The translations under genes and the position numbers were made by a program. From Scenedesmus sp. PABB004 (Eukaryota), in contig JABVCE010000019.1 of assembly GCA_014905635.1 (NCBI GenBank), forward strand, positions 558,001 through 622,000: a stretch of DNA of 64,000 nucleotides. Reading direction: 5' to 3'. Positions 13,891-25,755 of the stretch are shown piece by piece. The notes beneath the pieces were generated by a model. It had not been told where the DNA came from, ran no database searches, and worked only from the letters and a program-made list of their open reading frames with translations. The number at the start of each line of letters is the position of its first letter. Within the stretch, counting starts at the first letter, position 1.

Positions 13891-14471
13891 GAGAGGAACG
13901 GGTTGCTGCCGCCGCCGCTGCTGCTGCTGTGCGCGGGGCTGCGCCGCTCGGCGGCGCCGGCGCCGCCGCCGCTGCTGCAGCTGCGGCACTCCTCCTCCCA
14001 CTTGGCCGCGACCGTGGCGGCGATGGACTGGCGGCCGGGCGGGCGGGGGGGGCGCGCGGTGGGCAGCACGCGGGCCTGAGCCGGTGCAGGGCGCGGCCGA
14101 CGCGCAATTCGAGCAACCGCATTTCTAACAGCATTTGAACAGCGTTTTGAACAGCGCACCGGCAGCGTGTCGAGCAGGTAGCCGAGGCTGGCCATCATCA
14201 CCACCAGCGCCCGCGGCGGCAGCGCCTCCACCGCGGCGCGGCAGGGCCTGCGCGTGTGGCGGCGGGCCGCGCGGCGGCGCGCGGGGGCTGCGTGGGCGGC
14301 GCGCGCGCGTGCGCGCGTGCGCCGTGCGCCGTGCGGCGCGCCGACTCACTCTGCCTCGACGCGCGGCACGCTCTCGAGGAGCGGCGTGCCGCGCCGCCCG
14401 AGCGCGCCCGGCGGCGGTAGCGCGCGCGGCAGGCCGGGCAGGCCCGCCTCGCCCTCCTCCTGGCGCGCCGC

Positions 14472-14529
<58 letters not shown>

Positions 14530-14977
14530 GCAGGCGTGGGCACGCGCGAGCGTCGGCGCAGCGCCGGCGCGGCCCCCGCAGTCGCGGTGCTGGGGCCCAC
14601 GCCCCGGGCCCCGTGCGCCTAACGCCCCAGCCTGAACGCACCTGCTTGACCGCGACCTCGCGCTTGTAGCGTGCGAGCGGCGGCAGCGCCGGCACGAGCG
14701 CGGCCACAGGGCCGAGCCGCGCCGTGACGCCCGCCAAGTACCTGCGGCGCGGCGCGCGAAGCGCGGCGGGGCGGCACGCGTCGGGCGGCGCGGGGCTGTG
14801 GCCTCGCGGCGGCAGCGCGCGTCCGCCGACTCGGGCCGCACCGGTGCAGCATGGTGTCGACGCCCTCCATGTGCATGCCCACGACTGCGCCCGGCAGCGG
14901 CAGCCCCAGCCCGAACAGCGCCTCCAGGCTCTCCAGGATGATGCGCCGCACCTCGCGCGCGCTCGCAGAGTGCGGCT

Positions 14978-15020
<43 letters not shown>

Positions 15021-18000
15021 GCGGCGGCGGGCGGCGGCGGCGGCGGCGGAGGCGGCGCAGGGAGGTTGGCGGCTGCGGCGAGCGGGGCCTGGCACCCAGC
15101 GGCGCCCCCGGCGCCGCGCGCGCGCGTGCCTGGCCCTCGCCAAGCGGCGCCCAGGTCTCCTGCTGCAGCTGGCGGTCGACCCAGACACCAAAGCCGCTGA
15201 TCTGCTTGGCCACCCAGCCCGCCAGCACGGGCTGCAGCTGCTCCTTGAGCTCCCAGGGCCGCGCCGCCTCTGTCGCGCGTTGCAGCACGGCGCGGACGGC
15301 GGGCGGGTTCGGGGCGCGGCGGGGGGCTCTGCCGGGCGGCGAGCGGGCCGGCCGCGGCGCGGCGCGGCGCGCCCCGCCGCGCAAGGCGCACCCAGCGCGC
15401 GGCGCGCGACGTCCTGGCCGCAGGCTGCCACGGCGGCCGCGGCAGGACCCAGCAGCCGCGGCTCCAGCTCCATGGCAGACCGCAGCGCCTGGCGGCGCGG
15501 CGGCGGCGCGGCGGCGGCGCGGCGGCGGCGCGGCGGCAGCGCGGCGATCAGGCGGCGGCGCCGCGGCGGCGGCAGCTGGAGCCAGACATGACCCCGGCAT
15601 CAAGCCGCGCAGCGCCGCGCACCCGGCACGTGCGATCGTCCAAGCCGTCCAGGCTCGCGACCCAGGGCAGCAGCCGCGTGCCGGCCGCGCCATGCAGCGC
15701 CGCGAGCGCGAGAGGCACCGCCTCGGGCAGCTGGCCGGAGAAGCCGCTGGCAGCGAGCGGGCGGGAGCGGCGCGGCGCAGGGACGTCAGCCGCCTCAGCA
15801 CGGGGCCCAGCGACGCGGCGGCGCCGCACGCCGCGGCGGCCGCTGACCGCCGGCGCCCCCCGCGGCGCCGCGCTGCGCACCGCGCCCAGGTGTCCGTCTC
15901 CTCACGCGCCAGCTCCCGCACCACGGCGCAAAGCGTGGCCGCCGCGTCGGCCTCGTCCACCGGGGCGCCCGCAGCGGCGAGGCGGCGCCCCAGCTCTGCG
16001 CGACGGGGCGGGCGCGGGGGCCGCGGTCTCAGGCCGGCTGGCGCCGCACCGTGCGGCGCGCGCGCAGGCGTGGGCGGCGCGCACCCTTGTCGACGCTGGC
16101 GCGCACGGCGTCGCCGAGCAGCGCGGCGACGTCGCCGCCGCCCGCGCCGCTCGAGAGCGCGGCAAAGGCGAGCACATCCACCAGCCCCGGCAGCGCGTCG
16201 GGCCCGCCCACGCCGCCCAGGCTGCGCGGCGCCACGCGGCGCGGCGCGGCGGGCGTGAGCGGCACGGCGCGGCGCGGCGCGGCAGGCACGCTGCTGGGGC
16301 ACCGGCCGGCGGCCCCTGTGAGGTGCTGGGGCCCTGATGGCGCAGGCAGGCCGCCTCAAACCTGAACCCTGAGCCCTGAATCCTAGGGCTCACCGGGCAT
16401 GGTAGTCGGAGAGGCGCTCAGAGATCCAAGAGATCACGGCCCCACCGACCTCGCGCGTCAGCGCCGCGTCCTCGGGCGCGCCGGCGCCGGCGGCGCTGCG
16501 CGGCGGCCGCGGCCGCGGCATGGGCGGGCACGGCGCGGGGCTCGGGGGCGGCGCGGCGGCCGCGGCGCTCGCCTCGGCGCGGCGCGGCGCGGCGCGCGCA
16601 CCCCTGCTGCTGCTGCTGCGCCGCGAGCGCGGCGAGTCGCTTGAGGAGCGCCTTGGTCTTGCTGACCAGGCTCGGGTGCCGCGTCAGCACAAACTGCGCC
16701 GCGGTGCGTTGCGCGGCGGCACCGGAGGTGGTGGGCGGCGCCGCGCGCAAGCGCGCGCGCGCGTGGCCGGCGGCGGGCCGGCCACGGCGCGGGCACCTGG
16801 CGAAAGTGTATCCAGGCAAAGCCGGCGTTGTGCATCGCCGGCGAGACGCCCAGCAGCGGCCACAGGCGCGACTGCGCCGCGGGCGGGCGGGCGGGCGGGC
16901 GGGGCCGCTTCGGGCGGCGCGCGCCGGGGTGCCGCCGCCGCCCTGGCCGCCGCTCGCGCCCCCGGCCGCCGCTCGTGCCCCCGGCCGCGGCCGGGCCCAC
17001 GGTCGCAGCCGCGCCCGCGGTCGCAGCCGCGCCAGGGTGCCGCCGCTCGCGCCCCCCCGCAGCCGCGCCGGCCCGATGACAGCCGCCGCCGGCCCTCAAG
17101 ATCATTGCCGCCGGCGCACCTGCAGCAGCGCGAGGTACTCGTCCGCGCCCTCCACGTAGGTCGACTCCTCGAGCGCGTCAAACACGCCGCGCAGCAGCAT
17201 CTCACACACCCGCACGCGCAGGCCCCACGGCAGCCGCCACCCCGCGGCCGTGCGCTGCGGCGGGCGCGGCGGCACGACCTCCGCTCAGCCCGCCGCGCTC
17301 GTCGGCCGCAGCAGGGGGCGCAAACCCCGCGGCGCGTCACGCAGCGCCGCGCCGGTGGAGCTGGGAGCGCCGCGCCCCCACATTACCTTGACCAGCGCGT
17401 GCGCGTGCTCCCCGACCGCGCGCGCCGCGGCGCGGTACTCCGTCTCGTCAAAGTCGTCCGCGCCGCGCACGTCGCAGCGCCGCAGCGCCGACTTGAGCCT
17501 GCGGCGCGGGCCGCCCGCGCGCGCCGGCCGCGGGCGTGGGCGCGGCTGCTGTGCGCGGGGGCGCGCGGGCGCGGCTGCTGGGCGCGCGGGAGCGGCGGGG
17601 CCGGGCGCGCGGGCGGCGCGCACCTAGCCATGAGCTGCTGCGCGCTGGCGTCCGTGGCGGGCGCGCACCAGCCGTCCCGCACGCTCTGCGGCGCGGCGCG
17701 GCCGGATGAGGGGGACCTTGGGCGCGCAGGCAGCCTCGCCGCCGCCGCCGCTGCCGCCACCGCCGTCGCCGCCGCCGCACCTGCGCCAGCGTCGCCAGCA
17801 GCACGTGCGAGAGCGTGTCGCGCCACACGACAAAGCTGCGGAACCTGCGGGCGCGGGCGCGGCGCCCGCAGCGGGCGGGCGCGGGCGTGTGGCGATCGGG
17901 CGGGGCGGGGCGCGGCGTGCGCGCTGCGCTTTTGTCACAACTCGCCTGCTGAAGTCCTTGGGCAGCACCACGCCCAGCAGGCACACCGGTAGCTCCAGGT

Positions 18001-18958
18001 TCGCCGTCCAGTGCTCGCTCACAGGGAGAGCCCCTGGCCGGGTGGGGCGGCGGCGGCGTCGGCGGCAGCGTCGGCGGCGTCGGCGGTGCGCGCTGCCACG
18101 GGCAGCGCCGCGGCGGCCGCGCACGCACCCGTGGCCTCCTGCACGTGCTCAAACGTCGACTGCACGAGCGCCAGCAGCCGCTCCGCCTCGGCCGCGCGCG
18201 CGGCGTCGACGCCGAGCTGGCTGCGCACCGTGGCCAGCAGGTCCTCTGCGCCGCGGGCGCGCGGGCGGCGGCGGTGAGCCCGGCGGCAGGGCGGCAGCGG
18301 GCGGCGCCCGAGCTTGCGCGCGCGCACCGTCGGCGGCGCTGCTGCAGTTGGCGGCGAAGACCAGATAGGCCAAGTCCTGGATCTCACACTCCGCCAGCCC
18401 CGTGGCCAGCTGCGGCAGGCGCAGCGACGGGCCCTCGCCCTCGCCGGCGCCGGCCGCGCACGCCTCGGGCGCGGCGCCCTGCAGCGCCAGGAGCGGCGCC
18501 GGCGCGCCGGCCGCGCCCGCGGGGCTGCGCGGCGGCGGCGGCGGCGGAGGTTGCGCGCGGCGCGGGCGCGCGGCGCGGGGAGCGCTCAGCGCCGCGGTGT
18601 GCCGCTCGCGGCTGGGGCGCACCGCGGCGCCCTGCGGCAGTAGGCCATCAGGTCGAGCGTGCCCTTGGCGCCGCTGCTGTGGTGCAGGCCGGCGAGCAGC
18701 GCCTGCACGTCGAGCGAATCGAGCAGCCACGGCTCCGGCGACGACATCCCGACCGGCAGCTGGAGCCGCCCCCCACGCGCCCGGTGCGCCTGCGGCACGG
18801 TGGGGATCATCCTGGGCCAGCTGCAGCTGCTGGATCGCGAGCCGGCGCGGCGGTTGCGGCGGGTGCGCCGCCCGCTGCTGCGCGCGGCGCACCTCCAGCA
18901 CGTGCTCCAGCAGCCGGCGCCGGTCATCAGCCAGGTCCGAAGCGGCCTGACCCGCCAT
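12135..18958 (-). CDS. PATROL1/Munc13-like DUF810 protein, many exons
   Basis: N-terminal DDRRRLLEHVL..LDSLDV; LPQLATGLAECEIQDLAYLVFAA; HWTANLELPVCLL; WVDRQLQQETW; ALLDGGPCR; C-terminal LLRVLCHR|ADHAASKYLKESLR|VPK matches the plant DUF810 end. Internal exon borders not all resolved. Confidence 0.8.
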
Positions 18959-19330
18959 CCGGGCAGCTCTGCGACGCTCCCCGCCCCTGAGTGGCCCTTC
19001 CGCGAGCGCGCGCTGGCGGGCCCGCTCCCCGGCCAGCCGCCTGCGCTCGCTGCCCGTGCACAGCTCAGTCACGTGAGGAAAGGCGATTTGCGTTTCACGG
19101 CGTCGCCAGGCACTCACAGGCCCGTTGTTGCGTCCGGGCCACCAGCGGCGGCAGCGGCGCCAGCCGGCAGCGCTGCCAGCACCGCGAGCGCGACCGGGGG
19201 GTGCGGATTCTGTCGGCGAGTGGGCAGCCGGGCGGCGACCGGGCGGCGCGCAACGCCCTGGTGTTGCACCGCCACGGCGGCTCTGCCGGCGCAACGTCGC
19301 CGCTCGCCGCGTCGCGCGCGCCCGGCTCCC

Positions 19331-21294
19331 TCAGAACCCGCCCTTGTGCTTGCGCTTGCGCCCCGTGTACTTGGTGTCCACCGGGATGGCCGTGTAGCCC
19401 TTGCCGCGCATCTGGGCCTTCTTCTTCAGAATCCAGCCCTGCGCGACCGGCCAGCGGCGCGTGGTGCGCAGGGCCGCCCGGGCGCGCCGCGCCGCCACCG
19501 CCGCCGCCGCCACGGTCGCCGGCGCGCGCACCTTGGTCTTGAGCTGCGCGTCGCTCTTGTGTTGCTTCGGCTTCTTGCCGCGCCGCTGCCGCGCCTCCAG
19601 CCGCACCTCGCCCATCTCCTCGTCCTCGCTCTCTGCGCCGCGCGGCGGCGGCGTGGCGCGCGGCGCGCTCGACAACCCGTGGTGCACGTGACACACGCCG
19701 CCCCGCGCGCCGCCCCCTCTCGCCCCGCGCCGCGCGCCGCGTTCCGCCGCGCCGCCGCACCCGAGCCGGCGCCGTCGGCGCCGCGCGCCGCAGGCACGTA
19801 TGAGCTGGGGCCGACCATGAGTACGAGGAAGTACTTTTTGGCGCGCGTGGAGTGCGGGTAGTCAACGACCAGGCCGCCGGAGAAGCCGACCTGGGTTTGT
19901 GTGTGGGTGTGTGGGTGTGTGAGTGGGCGCGGCGTGGGCGCGGTGCGAGTGCGGTGTGGGCGGCACGGTGTCGGCGGCGGCGTGGGCGCGGCGCGCGCGG
20001 CGGCGGGTGCGGCGGGTGCGGCGGCGGACCTTCATCGCCGCGCCGACCATCATCTCCGCCTGCGCCGCGTTCTCAGGGTAAACCTGGGGGCGGGGGGGGG
20101 GGACCGGGGCGGGGACGGCGTGAGGCGGGACCGAGACCCCGGGCGCCACGCGCCTGCCCCTCGCCCTCCCCCTCCCGCCGCGGCCCAGCGCGGCGCGGCG
20201 CAGCGTCGGGGGCACGCGCCTGCAGCACCGCGCGCGCGCCGCGCGCGAGGCAGCGGTAGAGGCTCTCGAAGAACGCCTTGAGCCGGCGCCGCGGCTCGTG
20301 GCCGGTGCGGTCGGCGTTGCAGAGCCACTGCACAGCGGAGATGCTGATCGCGCCGTCAAACACGCCCTGCGCGGTTGGGGAGAAGGTGGGTGGAGGGAGG
20401 GAGAGGGGGGGGGGGTGCGAGCAAAGGTGGTGGGCCGCGGGCGGCGGCGGAGGGCCGCTCGACGGGCGCGCCGCGCCGCAGCCGGCGCCGGCGCCGCGCC
20501 GCACCGCACCTGGCGCAGCGGCAGGCCGTGGCCCATGTCCCCTAGCAGCACGTCGCCCTCGACCTGCCGGCGCGGCGGGCGCGGTCAGTGTTGCGCTGCC
20601 GCGCGGCGTGCCGCCGCGCGGCCGTCCCAGGCAGCCGCCGCGCCGCCTTGGGCAGCCCCCCCCCCCCCCCCCGCCCCGGGCAGCCGCCCCGCCACCCTGG
20701 GCAGCCGCCCCGCCGCCCTGGGCAGCCGCCGCGCCGCCCCGGGCAGCCGCCGCGCCGCCCCCCGCAGCCGCCGCGCCGCGCCGCGCCGCGACGCACCTCG
20801 CGCTCGACTGCGACGTCGAGCATCGCTGCGCTGATGTCCAGTCCCACCCACGCGTGCCCCGCGTCGGTCAGCGCCTCGCCGCTGAGGCCGCTGCCGCAGC
20901 CGATGTCCAGCAGCAGCCGCGGCGCCCCGTCCGGCGGCAGCGCGAGCAGCTCCAGCGCGCGCTGCGGGCGCGGCGGCGGCGCGCGGGGGCGTGCGCGAGT
21001 CGGCGCCGCACGCGCTGCGCTCCACGCCCTGCGCCGCACGCGCCGCGCCGCACGCGCTGCGCCCACGCCCTGCACCGCACGCGGCGCGCCCCGCGTGCGC
21101 CCTGCGCCCTGCAAGCCCTGTGCCCCCCTGCAAGCCCTGTGCCCCCTGCAAGCCCTGTGCGCCCGCGGCCGCGCCTGTGTGAGCTTCTCCTGAATCTCAA
21201 TCATGCGCGTGTTGCCGGTGTACTTTGCCGCCTCGGCCTCATTGTAAAAGATGTCCGGCGGCGCCGTGTGCTCCGGCCGCTCGCCCTTCCCCAT
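19331..21294 (-). CDS. BUD23: 18S rRNA (guanine-N7)-methyltransferase BUD23/WBSCR22
   Basis: [87 protein letters not shown]. Confidence 0.95.
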
Positions 21295-21332
21295 CGCGCC
21301 GCCGTGCCGCGCGGGCGGGGGCCCCTGGGCGC

Positions 21333-21850
21333 TCAGCTGCCGACGCGCGGCGCGGTGCCGGGGCGCGCCGCCTGCTGCGCCTGCTGCGCCTGCTGCGCCT
21401 GCGCGAGCGCTGCGGCCCGGGCCTGCGCGCGGCGGCGGCGGCGGCGGCGGCGGCGGGCCCGGCGCGGTGAGCCGCGCTGCGGCTGCTCGGCCGAGCGCGC
21501 AGCAAGCAGCAGCGGCGCGCGCCGCGTCGCCGCCGCTGGCTGTGCGCGGGCCGCCGCCGGCGGCACCTCTATCTCCTCGAGCTTCTGCAGCGTCACCGAC
21601 TTGAGGGGCAGGATCTTGGGCTTGCAGAGGAGCTCGGGCAGCCCGCCGACCTCGCTGACCACCAGGCCCGCCTTTGGCAGCACCTCCTGCAGCTGCGGCG
21701 CCGTCTGCGCGCCCCGCAGCGCGCCCCGCGGCACGGCTGAGATACGGGCCGGCCGCTGGAGGGCGCGCCGACGCGCCAGGGCCGCGCCGCGCGCGCCGGG
21801 GCGGGCCGCCGACGGCCTGCCCGCGCGCCGCGGCGCACCTGCTCAGTCAT
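21333..21850 (-). CDS. BBIP1: BBSome-interacting protein 1 (BBIP10/BBS18), 3 exons
   Basis: EVLPKAGLVVSEVGGLPELLCKPKILPLKSVTLQKLEEIE matches the BBIP10 signature EVLPKxG..LCKPKLLPLKSxTLEKLE; exon 1 MTEQ|GT; stop TGA 21333-21335. Confidence 0.85.
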
Positions 21851-22305
21851 GGCGCGCGCGCGGCGCGGGGACGATCATCGGGGCGTGGGGCAGCTGTCGG
21901 CGGGGCCTGCGAGGGGCCTGCGAGAGGGGCGCTGCTCCCGCTGCTGCTGCGCCGCCGTCGTGGTCTGTGGCGGCTGGGCTGCTGGTCGGGCTGGGCAGGA
22001 GAGGAGGCTCTGGTGGCGGGGACTGCGCTGCATACGCTCGCGCTGTTGCGCCGCCCGTGGCCGCCAGCCGGCAGCGTGTTGCAGCTGCCTGAGCCCCGAC
22101 CGCACCCCCGCACCGAGCGTTGAATCGCGCCGCCGCCCCGCACTGCTGCCGCCTACGCTAAAAAGAACACGGCCGCCGCCACTGCCGCTGCTCGGCCGTT
22201 CGCGCCGCCGCCGCCCCCGCCAGCGCCCCGCCTGCTGCGCCCCGCCTGCTGCGCCGCCGCCCCCGCCAGCGCCCCGCCGTCCTGCTGCGTCGCCGTGCTG
22301 AGAGC

Positions 22306-23529
22306 TCAGATGATCTGCTTGGCGCGCAGGTACTCCAGGATCTTGGCCGCCGAGACCTGCGGCCACACGCGGCGCGGCACACGACACATTAACACACGGC
22401 GCCGCCCGCGGCGGCGCGGCGCGGCGCGGCGCGGCGCTGGCCGTCGAACATGCCCCGTGCGCGCCCCTCTCCCTCCGCACCCACCTGGGGCGTGACCATC
22501 TTGCCGCTCTGGTCCACCGCCTCCAGCACCAGCTCCGCGTTGGGCGGCTCCTCGTACGGGTCGTCGATGCCTGCGGCGTCCGAGGGCGAGGGCGGGGGGT
22601 CCGGCGCGGGTCGGCGGGCGCCGCCGGCGCCAGCGCCGCGCACGCCCTCTCGCGCGTGGCGGCCGTGGCGCCCTGGCCCTGAACCCTGCCCGCGCGCCGC
22701 GGCGCGCCGCACCGGTGAAGCCCTTGATCTTGCCCGCGCGCGCCTTCTTGTAGAGGCCCTTGGGGTCGCGCTCCTCGCAGATCGCGATCGGGACCTGGGC
22801 GCCGCAGCGGCCGGGAGGGACGTCGGAGGGCCGTTGGAGGGGGCTTGCGGCTGGCGCACGCGCGCGCTGACGTCAGCCGCGCAAGTCGGGCGGCCCGGCC
22901 ACCCACCTTCATGTAGACCTCCACAAACTTGCCCGGCGGCAGCAGCGCGCGCGCGGCCTCGCGGTCCTTCCTGCGCCACGCGCGCGGCGGTGGCGGCGGC
23001 GGCGCGCGCGTGGGCGGCCGGCCGCGCGCGCCGCTGCTCGCGCGCGCCGCTGCTCGCGCCGCCGCCTCCGCCCCGCCGCCGCGCCCCGCACGCCTCACTT
23101 GTAGGGGGAGATGAAGGAGACGAGCGTGATGACGCCCTGGTCGGCAAAGAGCTTGCCGACCTCGCCGATGCGGCGGATGTTCTCCTCGCGGTCCTCGGAC
23201 GTGAAGCCGAGGTTTTTGTTGAGCCCGTGGCGCACGTTGTCGCCGTCGAGCAGCGCCGTGAGGCGCCCCCGCTCCAGCAGCGCGTGCTCCAGCGTGCAGG
23301 CGACCGTGGACTTGCCCGAGCCGGAGAGGCCCGTGAACCAGAGCACGCAGCCCTTCTGCTCCAGCAGCTGCTCCTTCTGCTCCGTGCTCACGCCGCCCTC
23401 GTGCCACTTGATGTTGGTGCTGCTGCCGACGTCGTAGTGCGCCTGGTAGGCGCGCGACGACGCGGCGCTGGCCTGCAGCGCGAACGGCATCGCCGCGCGC
23501 AGCAGAGAGGCGCCGCTGGCGGCGAGCAT
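22306..23529 (-). CDS. APK: Adenylyl-sulfate (APS) kinase with N-terminal transit peptide
   Basis: [14 protein letters not shown]-loop; [53 protein letters not shown]; stop TGA 22306-22308. Confidence 0.95.
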
Positions 23530-23735
23530 GGTGGCGGTTGGGCGGGCCTGCGCAGTCGGGGGACGACTCTCCGACGTGTGGAGCGCACGGGGGGGCGGCG
23601 GAGCAATTGGACGGCCCGAGACGTGCAGTGCAGTGCCCGCGTTTTTCGAGCCCCCAACCGCCCGTCGTTATCAGGCCGCAGCCCGCGGGCGCCGCTTCCC
23701 ACGCGTAGCACGGCGCCCCCGCACCGCACCGCGCC

Positions 23736-24665
23736 ATGCAGCCGCGCGACACGCCGCGCTGCAGCGGCGCCGCGCGCGGCGCGCTGCTGCTGCCGCAGCC
23801 GCCGCCGCCGCTCGATCCCTGGGCCGCCGCGAGCGCCCTGATCGCACACCCCTGCCCCGACGTGCGCCTGGGAGCGGTGGGTCTGCTGGGCGTGCTGGCG
23901 GGCGGGCGCGGCGGGCCCGGCGCGGCGCCGGCGGAGCAGCAGGCGCGGCTCGACGGCGCGTTCCTGGCCCTCTGCAGCGCCCTCGCCACGGAGCCGCTCA
24001 CCGCGTTACGCCTGGAGGCCCTGGGCGCGCTGTCGGGTGCGACCGGGCGCAGGCAGCGCCGCTGGGCGGTGGCGGCGCTCCGAGCGCGCCGCGCGCCGAG
24101 CCAGCCTGGCGCCGCCGAAGCCGCGCCGCGCGCTGCGCCGCAGGCCTGCACCGGGCCAGCCTCGCCGTGCGGCTGCAGGCGCTGAGCAAGCGCGCGACGC
24201 TGCGCGCGGCGGCGCCGGCCGGCGGCGGGGCGCTGCTCGACAGCGCGACCGGCGCCTTCGTGCACGCGCTGGAGGACGACTCCGCCCAGGTGCGTGCGCC
24301 GCGGGCGCGCAGCCCCAGCGAGCGCCGGCACGGCGGCAGCGGCGCCACGCCGGGCGGGCGCGCGGCCGAGCGCCGTGCGCGACGCCCCGCCGCAGGTGCG
24401 GCTCGCGGCCGTGGCGGCGCTGATGTCGCTCGGCCGCGCCGACCGCGCGTTTGCGGACGCGGCGGCGGCCCTGCTGGTCGACGCCGCGGCGGATGAGCTC
24501 GTGCCGGTGCGGCTCGCGGGGCTGCGCGGGCTGGTCGAGTGGGCGGCCGCGTTCGCGCAGGCCCGCGCGGCAGCGCAGGCGGCGGCGCCGGGGCAGGCGG
24601 CGCAGCCGCAGGCGCCAGGGCAGCGCGGCGAGCAGCCGCCGGCCCCGCAGAAGCAGCAGCAATGC

Positions 24666-24700
<35 letters not shown>

Positions 24701-25544
24701 CGAGCAGCACGAGCAGCAGCAGTGCGTGGAGCAGCAGCAGGGCGTGGCCTTGGAAGAGGAGCGAGAGGAGGGGCAGCTGAGCCAGGAGGAGGAGGAGGAG
24801 GAGGAGGAGGAGGGGCAGTGGGTGCTGGAGGCAGGAGCAGCACCAGCAGAGCAGGCGGAGCTGCCCGGCGCGCCGCCCGGCCAGCCGCGACCAGGCGACG
24901 CGCGGCGTGGCGGGGGCAACGGGGGCGGCCGGCGACCGCAGCCGCCGCTGCAGCAGGGCGCCAGCGGCCAGCAGCAGCAGCAGCAGCAGAAGCGGCGCGC
25001 CGCCAAGCGCAAGGCGGACCTGCCCCCCTGGGGCGTGGATGCGCTGGCGGCGGCGGTCGCGGCGCTGTGTGACGTCAACGCGCCCGTGCGCGCTGAGGCG
25101 CTGCGCCTGGCGGCGCTGTTGCCACCGAGCGGCCCGCCGGCGGTGGGCTCGCTGCTGGCGGCGCTGGCGGACTGCTGCGAGCGCCACCCTGGGCAGCACC
25201 TGGGCGGCGCGCGGGCCGCGGCCGAAGCGGCCGTCACGGCGCGGCCGGCGCTGGTTGCGCAGGCCGCGCCGCAGCTCGCCAAGCTGCTGGGTCGTGTGGC
25301 GGGCGCGGGCGCCGGGGCGCCCGGCGGCGGCGAGGGGCTTGCGCTGGTGCAGGCGGCGGTGCTGGCCGCCGCCGCGGCGCGGCCGCGCATGCTGCCCGCG
25401 CTTCTGGGCCACCTGGAGCGTGGCGGGCTCTGCGCGCTGCCGGCGCTGGCGCCGCTGGTCGTGCAGCTGCGCGCGGCGGCGCCGCCGGGCGACGCCGCGT
25501 GCGACGACGCGCGCGGCAGAGCGGCGCGAGGTCACGAGCCGTAA
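23736..25544 (+). CDS. HEAT-repeat protein, Integrator subunit 4 / SIEL-like, with a Q/E-rich insert
   Basis: GAFVHALEDDSAQ|VRLAAVAAL..FADAAAALLVDAAADELVPVRL resembles INTS4 GAFVHGLEDE..VRxAAV..FLVDMFNDE..VRL; start codon tentative; divergent from APK with a 206 nt gap. Confidence 0.65.
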
Positions 25545-25755
25545 CCGGGCTGCGCTCAGGCTGCCCGCGCTCCCCTCTCGCACGCTCGCGCACTGCGCGC
25601 CCCCGCCGCTCACCCGACGCGGGGGGGGGGGGGGGGGAGTGCGCGGGTGCGTGGGTTGGTTGTGGCGGGGGCTCTCAAGCAGCGCGTGCGCGGCAAAGAG
25701 TGCGCGGCGCTCGGCGCTGCTGCGCCTCCCCGCGCGCGTTGATGCGCAGCCGCAC

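Noticed and set aside
20655..21160. Short tandem repeats in BUD23 introns (~20 bp x5, ~19 bp x3), and similar ones at 11478-11545 and 62150-62250, considered as CRISPR-like
   Set aside because: No unique spacers and no cas genes; ordinary intronic minisatellites in a eukaryote
21875..25390. 1171 aa minus-strand ORF, the 58041-61556 ORF and most other long Arg/Ala/Pro ORFs
   Set aside because: Stop-codon scarcity in very GC-rich DNA; they are antisense or off-frame shadows of real spliced genes
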